This document shows, in pieces, positions 52,316 to 64,000 of a stretch of DNA of 64,000 nucleotides. The stretch is taken from the NCBI RefSeq assembly GCF_001194135.2, contig NC_068990.1:81535549-81599548 (forward strand), in the 5' to 3' direction. Both the position numbers and the translations under genes were made by a program. This stretch comes from Octopus bimaculoides (taxonomy: Eukaryota). Under the pieces are notes generated by a model that saw nothing but the letters and a program-made list of their open reading frames with translations, was not told where the DNA came from and did not search any database. Each line of letters opens with the position of its first letter. Within the stretch, counting starts at the first letter, position 1.

Positions 52316-53119
52316 TATAATAATAATAATGATAATAATAATAATAATGATAATAATAATAATAATGATAGTAATAATAATTCAGAATCAATGATCCTTG
52401 TATTAAATGCAGTTTATTTATGGTGATCAACAGATACTAAGCTAGAACTCTCTTTTAACGACCATAACCCACCAATATTTATCATCTTCCATAGTTTTAA
52501 TGTTCTGCGTCTATGACAATTTATGTAGTTGCTAAAGATTGATTCATGGATAACAGAGGCTGAGAATTTTGAAGTTTAGAAAAATGTTAAAAAAATATAA
52601 TTTGAAGATGTGGTTGGTTTTTTCCACATACTAAGTAGTCTGTATGAAGTGCATGAAAATTATATCCTGTTAGAAATGCTAAAAATCTATATCATGAGGT
52701 TGCACAACCTGCTAGAAATAGCAGTCTGATTATCTCAAATTACCTCTTAATGGTGCAAAAAGTCAGGACTCATTGGCTGAGTTGTCTTAGAGCATAAGTT
52801 TGCTTAATTAGGTCTGAGACTGAGATTGAGTTAAACAACAACCAACTGTGATACACTGAACTGATCTTAAATTACAAATAATAAATGATCAAAAAACATT
52901 GTAGTCGTGACCATCATATTTAGTGTTAATGTAACAAATACTTTACTGCATGACATTGGTAACAATATGTATATGTGTTTGTATAATTTCTTTTTTAAGA
53001 GATTAAAGTACAATTTGTGGAAACTTGTCTGCTGTTTCAGGTTGAATGACCACAGAGAGTCCCTGTGCATTGATTCAATCAAGTGATAAGTGATGTATTC
53101 AGAGAATAAGGCTTAAAAT

Positions 53120-53700
53120 TCATTATTTCCAGAACTGAAAATATTCCTCGCCTCATGCAGTTGAGAGACTTCAACTTGCAGTGAGATTGAATCCTTGAAA
53201 GCAAAAATCTTCTAAAATAAATTAATAATGTGAATTGTCTTTGGATCTCATGAAAAAAGTTATGAGTTTATCTCTCATTCACCAATAACCAAACACAAGG
53301 AGTTGGAATATAATAGAATTCAATCCCCTTGACAAGAATCACATAAAATCCATTCATGCTAGTCAGATAAACAATGAAATGATAACATCTGGAAATAATT
53401 ATAGAGTATCGATATTTTGGCTGTTTTTTACTTGATATAATTTCATCTTCTGACAAAATCACAAACGTTTGGGTGTTTTTTCCCTCCAGTATTTGGTGTT
53501 TTTTCCCTCCAGTATTTGGTGCATTCACTCTGCTCAAATCCATTTTTAATCAACATTCTTTTGAAATTTTTACCAGTATTGTCAGTTCTATTTTTGGCAT
53601 TTTCAGTCTTTGTTTTACATTGAATTCTTTCTCAAGTTTCTTAAATCCTTTTCTGTTCTTTTTTTGTAATTTTTTTTAGTGGCCCTTTGAATATTCTATA
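53120..53700 (-). mobile_element. Possible Penelope-like element relic (region N-terminal to RT)
   Basis: IVYLTS..VILVKGIEFYYIPTP resembles the VVNLS..LLSKGLNFIPTP motif. Contains a perfect 23-bp tandem duplication at 53472-53517. Confidence 0.3.
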
Positions 53701-54234
53701 GGTTTCTTTTCTTTTTTTTTAACTCCTTCTTCATATTTTCTTCCATTTGTTTTTGTAATTATTTTTAATCCCTGTACATTCTTGCAGTTGTTTGAATCCA
53801 TAAAATAAAGATGTGATGAAACTGGACACATTAATAATTTTAACAACTATGCTCTGTTATCTTAGCTACTTCTGCTGTCTCTTCATGTAATGGTTTGTAA
53901 AATAATACACAGGACTACAAATATAGGAGAAGGGGGTTAGTCAATTAAATTAACTTTAGTTCGTCAACTTCACCAAGAATCAAACTCTGAATGTAACTAC
54001 ATACCTCTAAGCATTTTGTCCATTGCTCTGCAAATTCTGCAAATTACTATAATAATCAGGTTCCTAGTTTCTGCTGATAAAATTCATATTACTTAGTCGC
54101 AAACTTTATCTGTATTGATTTCTTTTGACTTGCCAAAAGCCTTTAGTGTGTCTGATATTTATTTAATCAATCCCTCAAAAGCACGAAAAGCTTTGTTATT
54201 ATAAAATTTGAACTCGGAACCAAAGGGTACAAAA

Positions 54235-54273
<39 letters not shown>

Positions 54274-57062
54274 TCTCTTACATTGTGACATAATTTTCAT
54301 CATTTGATGATTATGATAAAGTGATCAGGTATCAAGAATCAAAGAAGTTGAGTAAGAAAATGCTGGAAACCAATAAGATTTATAATGAGGAGTTTATCAA
54401 ATCTGGCTCAAGTAACCAGAGGATGAATGTAGAAGAAATGAAGTATTAAGCCAATGATTGTGTGTAGATTTTTGTTGTCATTTAATTACACTGATTCGTA
54501 CACAGAAACAACTAATTAGTGTATTTAATTCAGTGACATTCACAACCTCATTCCAAATTTCATACCCCAAAAATCTTTTTCACAGTTAATTAAATTTAGT
54601 ATTGTTGGAATTGTCCTTGGATTATCCCCCTCCGGTACTAATTATATCTTCCTAATTACTGTGAGATGCTTGAACAGTCATATAGAACTACTTTATCCTT
54701 GTTTGTAACACAAGATTGATATTTTGTATGGTATAAAGGCAAACTGCATAAGCTGAGTTTCAGAAATAATTATGCTGAATGTTTGTGAAACAAATGATGT
54801 ACTGAAACTTGCTATAATCAGGAAGGAATCATTAGTATATGATCTGCTGGATGCATAATGCCAAATGACAGAGAAAATTGAGTTGCAAAATCAATTGACC
54901 AGTATATGTTGGAGACTACAGTTTGGTCTCAAACATCTAACAAATGCTTGTTGTATATAAGAAAAGTGATGAAGAATCGGTAATGAAAGAAAGAAAACAA
55001 CTAAATGCTGTAGAGTACTTTATTCCAAAGCTCAATTTTTCTTTCTGCTACCTTATGTACGTTTTGTGCATCTCTGTTAAGGAGAAAACTTAAATGTGAA
55101 TCATACATACAGACACACACACACATATATGCATACCTGCTGCAGACACACACACACACACGTGCACACACAGACACACGCATGCCTATGCACTTGCTTG
55201 CAAGCATATGCAATAAAACAGGTCAGCTCTGAATTTCTGTGTTGTTACAGGACTAGTTTAGACATTTAATGAGCAAAGAATTATCATGTAAATTCCACAA
55301 ATGCTCAGCATTTCAATCTAGAGATGTGAACATTCCAGTGTAAGCATAATATCTTTAAAAAATAAAACTGTGTTCGGCTCTCTATGTTAGTTGTTAGCTG
55401 TGAGTACACTTCAAAATTCCATGCTTCCCAAAATTTGTCCACATTACTCTAGATGTGCCTATGCTCCCTTTTCCTCCTTTTGGTTCTTTTACTTTGCATT
55501 TTCCGTTTTTTTTATGTTGCATCCCGTGTTCTATGTATGTATTTTTGGGTGTTTTTCTTTACTTATTGCTGCTTTTTGTCCCCTCTTTTACTCTTTTCTA
55601 ATGAGTTGTGGTGCTCATGAGAACTACACACACACACACACACACACACTAAAACTATCTGTAGATTTATCAGCAGTTCAAGATGCCCACAGACTTCTAA
55701 CAAGCCTAATACTTTTCTTTCTGCTTCATAACAGCAAGGCTGTCAATAGATGCAGGTAGAGTACTAATAACAAAAAAACAATTCAGCTTGATTCATCAAA
55801 ATACAGAAAACATTCTATTCAACAGACAAATAAAGAAGGTGTATCTTTTATGAAAAGTCTATTTAATAAAAAGTAACCTACAGGGTAAAATTTGGAAGTA
55901 AAAATGAATATTTTAATGCAATACGTACTAATGCATAGTATAAAACTGCTAAATTATAATAAAGAATTTTTACTTTCTTTCTATGACAGTGTGGTAGAAG
56001 TGTATTTTGCTATGACCATAGTGTCCAGTACACTATTGCTTTATTATTTGGTTCATTCAATCAGAAATCTCTTAAGTTATGGACCATTAAACTGAGAATT
56101 TTCTGTACTTATAATTCTCAAAGAAAATTAATAGAATATTATATACCTGTAGCTGTATGTGTGTGTGTGTGTGTGTGTAAACATAAATAATGGCAAAGTT
56201 GACCTCAGTAGGATCTGAACCAAGAACATAAACGGATACTAATATGGTTGTGCAATTAAGAACTTGCCTTTGCAATTATATGTATATTTTAACTTTGCTG
56301 AAAATTCATTGTAGGAAAGAATTTGTGTGACAGATATATTTATTTATAGTCATCATTATTTCTATTTTTCCATGTTAGGAAGAGATCAAATACAGCATAT
56401 AACCACTCAACAATATTATTTCATTTCTTGTGAGTGTTCCCAACACCCTGGGTTCTGTCCTTACCATGTCTTCTCATGTTTTCCCCACCCTCTTTTACCT
56501 TGCTTTCAAGAAGCCAACAAGTGACCAGTTGTTTCAATGTGCAAGAAATAGACAAATTATCCTAAATTGCTGACTTAAAAAAAAGACCAACAAAGAACTC
56601 ATTTAAAAATTTTGTCCTCAGTATACAAATATAGAGGATTATCATATTGGAACACTTTTGGTCATACATCTGTTTGATCAGAGTTCGCCTAGATGCTATG
56701 CAATAACAACAATACTGCATATAAAATATAAAATGGGCTGTTTTTTCTTTTATTTGCAGTTCATTTCTGTTTACTAACTTGTTATTAATTAGTGTTCTAA
56801 AATTATTTGAAATATGCTTATTTTGAATTACTTTTATATTATATATTTATAGGTGCAGGCATAATCATGTGGTTAATAATTTCATTTTATGATCGGTTTG
56901 GGCAAATGTTTTCTACCATAACCTTGGGCTGTTGAAGACCTTGTAAATAAAATTTGGTAGACAAACTGTAAAGTAGCCTGTTAGATATGTATGTGTGCGT
57001 GTGTGCACACATGCACTTGTTTGTGTACATGTATCTCTATGAAGAATGGCAATATTGCTCAC

Positions 57063-57125
57063 CAGCAAACAAAAGAACATTGTGGCATTTAGTTGCACCC
57101 CATAATGTTCCATTTACATATTGAC
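57063..57125 (-). CDS. Candidate 63-nt internal exon (phase 1-1), product unknown
   Basis: Acceptor TCTGTTGTTTGCAG|G and donor TG|GTGAGC; the only open frame is QYVNGTLWGATKCHNVLLFA. No homology recognised. Confidence 0.3.
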
Positions 57126-59017
57126 CTGCAAACAACAGATAGTTGATTCCAGTCTTGTCAGTGAACCTGTAGCTTCTCTTTTCTGTCTCAAATAGGTATT
57201 TGCAATGTATAATATTATCTTTCTTTTTCCTTATTAAAAATCTCCTCATCTATGAATATGAATTCCTCAAGTATGATTGCACGATCAGTCACTGTTTGAT
57301 TAAGAATCGTCCTATGGCTTTTGAATGATCATTTCATTGACTGTAGATCCTTTCTACTATAGGTTTACTATTAATAACAAATAGAGTGCATATCATCTGA
57401 TTTAATGAGGCAATTAAAGTCAATTATTAATTACCATTTATCTTTGAAGAAGGGCCTACCTGATACCATCAGAATATAGCTCTCTTTACAGTAAGCACAA
57501 AAATTTCTTTTCTTTTAGATATTTTATTTACTTGTCTTTTGGTGAAGTAGTCATTAGTTTTCTTTCTGTTTTGTTTTTTTCATCATTATCAAACTGCTTT
57601 GAAATTTTGCCATGTGATTATCTTTTGTGCAATAATACATTTCTAACTACAGTGATGAATATAAAGACCATCGGACTGTTTTTATATCTATCTGAGACAT
57701 TTTATTACAACAAAGTAAAAGTTAATTATTCTAGCAAATGAAATAATTTTCTTTTAAATTAAAAATTCTCTGAAAACAAGCTTCCTGTTACAAGAGTTTG
57801 AGTATTTTAAGGAGGAGAAAAGCAACCATTGATTGTCATTAAATTTGAATGGTGACCTTTTTTGTATGAAGTAAATATAAATATTTACAATTGTTGATAC
57901 TTACCTACTTTCTAATGTAATAAAATATGTGTGGCTAATGAATTTCCAATTTGTTACATATTCCAGTGAATAAATTCTTTGTAGTGTTATCAAATAATGA
58001 ATTCTTAGTATGACACTTAATTGAAGCACATTTCTGGATTATCACTCCAAATATCAGTTGACTGTTGATAGAGACAAACAGACAGTAATTATCCTGGTAA
58101 TGATCCAAATCTACTCCAGCTAAACTTTTGTGCCAATTATAAGACATGAAATTAATTAATTGAGTTCTCTCATTGATTGCAGTTACACTAGCTGCACTCA
58201 GTACTTGAAATGGCCTGTTATTTTTATTTCTAGTCGTCAAATTAGGATCCCTTGAGAAATTCTTTCTCATCATTTAGTGGACTTTTTAAATTGTAATAAA
58301 CTCTATAAAAAATTGTTTAGTGCTAGCAAATCCCATAACAATTTGAAAGAGATAAATTGTTCTAGAAGTTACCACAATATATATTTATTATATTTTAACA
58401 CACACACACACACGCGCACACACACACACACACACACACCTGTAGTGTATTTTATCAATTTAGAAAACTGTGCATGCAAAAATTTTTCCGTTCTTCAACC
58501 TGCATGTGCCAGTACACATATACTCGCATGGAAGTACACACTTACATTACTTCTAGCCAAGCTAGAAATTATGGCTAAATCTCCTTCAGATTACATCTTA
58601 CAATCTGAAATGAAGATAGAGAGACATTTAGACAATAAAGATACTGTTTATACAAAAAAGCTGGTATGGTTACAGATGAAAAGCATTTGATAATAGTTCT
58701 GCTTAATTGAGGCTGACCTAGGACTATACAATACTTAGCACATATCCACACACATTTTGATGAGTTAGTAGTAGCAAGTCAGATCCAATCTTTCACTAAT
58801 CATTAAATCAGTAAAATTTATTGATAAACAAGTTAATATATTGACAAGAATAATATTCATATTCCCTTTTAAAACAATCTAATATGAACCAATTAAGAAA
58901 TCTCACTATGGTTGCAACCTGCTAAAAAAGAATAGCTTAGTCTACCTCAATTCATGTCCCATCATCTTAAAAGACTAGATAGTCAATTTAATTCGTGTAC
59001 CAGGTAAACATTGTTAC

Positions 59018-59118
59018 TTAGCCCTTGGGATCCTTTTGTGGAGTCCGTTCTATTGTATGTATGTGATCTAGGTCCGAAGACAGGACTTTCTCCTTTCCTC
59101 CTGCTGTTCACAAAGGTT
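59018..59118 (-). CDS. Candidate 101-nt internal exon (phase 2-1), product unknown
   Basis: Acceptor CACTTTTTTTTTCAG and donor AA|GTAACA; 46% GC in an AT-rich context, not a recognised repeat. Open frame TFVNSRRKGESPVFGPRSHTYNRTDSTKGSQGL. Confidence 0.35.
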
Positions 59119-60088
59119 CTGAAAAAAAAAGTGGTAGCAACTGCCCTTCCTCTTCTGAATAAAACTATGCAATTTTTCTTTCACTTCTTTACTACCTCAA
59201 TATCCATTTTAATTATACAAAGCAGAAATTAATATATTTACTTACCAACAAAATAATGCATCTTAATTTATTGTTATTAATTCCCAAATATTAGAGATGT
59301 TTAGAGAATATGTAATAAAAATTATGTACTTTTATGGAAAACCAAGTGGATGGTAAAGGAACTGTTTCAATATCAAGAGCAAATTACAAGTACAAAAGAG
59401 CCTGCAGAAATGCATGGTTCTTAAGAAAAATAATGAACCATTAAATTTACATTTTTAAGGATACATATTAAATTATTGCTTTTGGTCTTAAGACATACAT
59501 ATCAAATATTAAATTATTGTTTTGATCTTAAGGCTTTTTTCTTTTCTTCTATTGGCTCATGCTGTATTATTAATGAAAGTGATTGGGAAGGTACAATTTG
59601 ATGCCAGAAAGGTGTGGCTGGGTTAAAATAATTTGATATACTTCTGGAATATGAAATCAGTTTATAAATCATAAAATATCAAGTGCATGAATTGAGAACT
59701 CGTGTTAAAACATAACTTAGGTGGTCAGTCTTTCCATAATCAAAGATTTTGCTCACATGAAGATGAATTAATTTAAAATTTCATAAACTTCTGATCTTAT
59801 CTTTCTGTCTTTTTAGTAGTGAGCCAAAGAGAGATAGCTGCTGTGTAATTGCTTGATCTGCTAGAAATAGTAATCAAATTATCTTCAAACCACACCATAC
59901 CTCCTTAAATAGTTCAATGCAACATCATGTCTGAAAATCAAAAGAAGAGATAGTCACTACTGAAATACCTTTGATTGTAGATCAAAGCTGACCTGAAGCT
60001 GAACAACAAAAATATTTTTATCAGCCTTTTCTTAGATCTTCTTCAGATATTCTATTCTAATACACATGCACACATTCACAAACTTACA

Positions 60089-60121
<33 letters not shown>

Positions 60122-60157
60122 ATTGTTTTAATGAAGTTATAAAAAAAGAACACATAT

Positions 60158-60307
60158 GGAGTGGCTGTGTGGTAAGTAGCTTGCTTACCAACCACATGGT
60201 TCTGGGTTCAGTCCCACTGCGTGGCACCTTGGGCAAGTGTCTTCTGCTATAGCCTTGGGCCTTGTGAGTGGATTTGGTAGACGGAAACTGAAAAGAAGTC
60301 CGTCGTA

Positions 60308-60350
<43 letters not shown>

Positions 60351-60558
60351 GTGTGTCTGTGTTTGTCCCCCCCATCATCACTTGACAACCGATAGTGGTG
60401 TGTTTATGTCCTCATAACTTAGCGGTTCGGCAAAAAGAGATCGATAGAATAAGTACTAGGCTTACAAAGAATAAGTCCTGGGGTCCATTTGCTCGACTAA
60501 AGGTGGTGCTCCAGCATGGCCACAGTCAAATGACTGAAACAAGTAAAGAGTAAAGAGT
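60158..60558 (+). mobile_element. Full-length SINE family B
   Basis: Colinear with the reverse complement of 32554-32976, including the A and B boxes, CORE-like segment, internal (TA)n and GTAAAGAG tail. Confidence 0.9.
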
Positions 60559-60796
60559 ATGGATATTTTAAACATAGAGTAGATATTTGCTTTAATTTCA
60601 ATTCTGACCCCACAACTAGCTACTTGTTTCCCTGTATAAACACAATATCATCAGAGATCAGAATATTTATATAAAAGGTTTTCCCATCATTTATAGTAGT
60701 CGTAAGATATTCAAAAATTTGCTTATGTGAGTATTTTGATCTCTGACGATCCTGTCTTTACAGAGGGAAGCGGGTAGGTAGTTGTAAGGCCTAAAT

Positions 60797-61318
60797 CAGT
60801 GGTGGGGAAAATTTTTAGTGCGGTGGGCAAAAATTTCCAAAGAAAACGGTCCGCGGACAGAGATGGGTGTGAATAGTTTTTACATTGTACCTTCTACAAT
60901 TTTCAGCTTTTGTTTCATATAAAAATTATTTCGATACATGCGATATATTTTTAGTCTTCTCAGCTAGAGTGTAGTGGGGTCTCAAGGGGGTGGTACAAAC
61001 CTAGCAATATGTGTTTTATAGTGAAAACAAAATTTCCATTCAAATGGCAATTACTGGATGATTTCTGTTCAAGTCTGACCACTTTCATTCATAGTAGAAA
61101 CGCGAGCTATGTTGCAAATAGGCATTTGGGTATTGTATAAATTTTTCAATTGAAAAATTTACTATATTTTGTATGTGCTCCAGCATGACCACAGTCAAAT
61201 GACTGAAACAAATAAAAGAGTAAAAGAATAAAAAAATACAGTATATTAGCTGTCGGGTACAATAAAATGAGTTCATGGGTGCAATTGCACCAGCAGGCAG
61301 GGTATTTCCCCACCCCTG
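60797..61318. mobile_element. Non-autonomous hAT/Charlie-type DNA transposon with nested SINE B tail
   Basis: 14-bp TIRs CAGTGGTGGGGAAA / TTTCCCCACCCCTG (1 mismatch). 8-bp TSD GCCTAAAT (60789-60796) / GTCTAAAT (61319-61326). SINE B 3' end at about 61170-61235. Confidence 0.88.
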
Positions 61319-61466
61319 GTCTAAATCAAAACTAAATAGTGACTTCACTAGTGCTGGTGCCATGAAAAAAGTACCCAGTACTTGTTGTAAAGTGGCTGGA
61401 AGAGCATTTAGCCAGAGAGACCATATCAAAGCAGATGTTAGTGCATGCTGCAGTCACTAAGCATGG

Positions 61467-61527
<61 letters not shown>

Positions 61528-61554
61528 NNNNNNNNNNNNNNNNNNNNNNNNNNN
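61528..61554. other. Assembly gap (27 N) inside (CA)n
   Basis: N run. Confidence 1.
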
Positions 61555-61697
61555 ACACACACATATATAAAGACAGAGAAAGGTAGAGATAGAGGAAGTA
61601 AGAAAAAAAATTTGAGGGTACCATTATCTCTCAGTCAGTGAGAGAGAACATACTATGGTTGTAAAGTAAGCTTTATGGGGTGGGGTGGGGGATTACA

Positions 61698-61739
<42 letters not shown>

Positions 61740-63824
61740 TATACACACACACACACATGTCCCTAAATAGAGTGAGTACTTTGAGCTTTATTTTTTTACA
61801 GAAGATTTCAACACTAAACCTGCAGTTCCATAGAATATTTACTAATCAAATTTTGGGGTCCTAGCAAAGCCTTATATGTGGAATTTGATAGACAGGAACC
61901 TATCAAAAGAATGATTCCTTATTTTGTGCTAGAGCAGATTTAATCCATTTCCCAGTTTAGCAGCACCTTATGAGTACCTTTTAGCAGAGTACACTCAACT
62001 GCAAGCATTCGTGCCTGTTTTAGGGTAACTTCGACCCACCAGTTATAAGGCCCTTAATAGAAACCATTTTATGTGGAATAGAATAATGTTTAGCTCATTA
62101 TGATGATTATGATAATGGTGTGAAGTATTTAGCGCTATAAATACTAGCTCTTTAATTCTATTTTAGTTTCCACAAGGGTTTTATCACTAATGGAAGCTCT
62201 ACTCCATAGCAATATTTGATTTTTCTTCTCTCACAATACTTGTTCTATTGTTATTCTTGGTTTTAATGCTTTTTCCTTAATGAGATTTCAGTGATTTTTC
62301 TTCTATTTTGAGGTTAACTTCCTTTGTAAGATTTTCCGCATACATTTTCATCCTGTATAAAAATGAAGATTTCCATTCTGAATGCTAGCTGAGAGCTAAC
62401 ACTTATCAATAGCTTCTTATCTCTCTACTGCTGCATTGTATGAACATGCTAACATGACTTTCACACAGCTAGTGAATTACATGTTAGATTAATCTACAAT
62501 TACTTCTTCCCTCTGCTTCTAATCTTATAAATACTGAGCATTCATAGCGTTAGAAACTTTAATACTTCAACATGTAAAGTAGTTTTAATTAAAAAATATT
62601 TTTTTCCTAATAATAATATTAAAAGTCTTAAAAACGAGAAACTAAACAAAAACAGGCAAACTCTATTAACACCATTTCATATTTTCTTTTCATCTAATTA
62701 TCTCCCCCCTCCCCCAGTTTTTTTATCTCTAATTTTCTTTTGCATTGAAAATGAAAGTTAAAGGAATTTCATTCTAAGAAGAGATAACACTTGAATTGAA
62801 TGGAATATTTCAGTTATGAAAGAAAATATAACAATTGCTTCTCAGGCTTCAGATTTTGAAAATAGAAGTTTTCAAATAGAAATTAATATGCACTTAATAA
62901 TTGATCTTGAAAATAAATTCTAAATATGTTGCCATATTTTGTATGTTGTTATCTTTAACTGATTAGTTTGAATCATCAGGTGAACCACATAAGATATGAG
63001 ATATTGTAAAATGATTTTACAGTTTGCCTGATATCTTGTTAATTGGTTGAAAGATAAGAGAAATTAAGCATCAGCTGTGAATTAATATTGGATTTACTTT
63101 GTTTATTTAGATTTTCTCTATCTTATCATCTGTCACTAGTGATACCCTTGTAATATAATTAACTTAATGAGTAGATTATTAAAGAATTCTTACAAGCACA
63201 CCTGTGTAATGTGTTAACATGTAAGCAATATCAACAAATACTTTTGTCTGGCAAATGATATAATCTTTTCATTAAATAATACTAGAAATAATGAAAGATC
63301 TACATTGTTTAGTTTCTGCTCTATTTAACAATCTAAGAATAGTTCCAGAGTGATAAACAGTTGTACAAAATGGTAAAAAATATATTATTAGTTTAGAAAA
63401 TATTTAGATTCAATGAAAAAAAAAAGTTTTTTTTTGAAGATTTTGAAGTTTGATATAGGAAATTTTGCCGATAATTTTTAGCAATTTATTTCATATTTTG
63501 ATATCATAATGTTCTGTGTGGTTTCTTATTTGATTTCTATAGAAGGTAGATTCATGAAGCTATCTTGGGAATATTAGGAAAGATTTTCCAAATAATGTTG
63601 TTAAATGTTAATACTTTTGAAAATTAGAACAAATATGTATACTTTTCCATTAGCAGAATGAGTACGCAAGCTGACCAGTGCAAAAGTGGTTGTTGGTTTT
63701 TAGCTCTTGGTCAAATAGACCAATGATCAGAAGCATTCTAGCTCCCATCTCTCTGCTGGTAACTTAGGCATAGTGTTTCAAAAACTAAATTATCTAATGT
63801 AACTTTTTTTTTTTATTTATTCTT

Positions 63825-64000
63825 TTTCATTCTTTTACTTGTTTCAGTCATTGTACTGTGGCGCTGCCAGGGCACAGGGGCTTAGTTGATCAAATCAACC
63901 CCAGTACTTTTATATTAAGTTTAGTACTTATCCTTTTGGTCTCTTTTGTAAGACTTCTAAGTTACAAAGACACAAACAGTCCAAAACTAATTGTCAAGCA
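63825..64000 (-). mobile_element. SINE family B-like 3' half, runs off the window
   Basis: TCTTTTACTTGTTTCAGTCATT..GATCAAATCAACCCCAG..AGTACTTATCC..GTCTCTTTTG..TTGTCAAGC. Confidence 0.7.

Overview
AT-rich eukaryotic scaffold with four N-gaps, dense microsatellites and many tRNA-headed SINEs. The repeat families are ones I associate with octopus genomes (inference from recall, not a database match). No complete host gene, rRNA, true tRNA or CRISPR array is supportable, and almost all long ORFs in the track are translated microsatellites or gaps. Supportable content: (1) three SINE head types (here A, B, C), several copies with intact target-site duplications, each head joined to two alternative 3' halves; (2) decayed LINE pieces, comprising several RTE 3' ends, an RTE endonuclease fragment, a HERO-like R2-superfamily fragment, CR1-like and possible Penelope-like relics; (3) two hAT/Charlie-type MITEs with TIRs and TSDs; (4) a perfect 107-bp-arm foldback inside a (TA)n tract and an older imperfect foldback; (5) a short interstitial (TTAGGG)n array inside an RTE relic; (6) a few weak minus-strand exon candidates. 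I did not find a clearly novel multi-gene system. The best leads are the modular SINE domain swapping, the perfect foldback and the two phase-compatible exon candidates near 57-59 kb.
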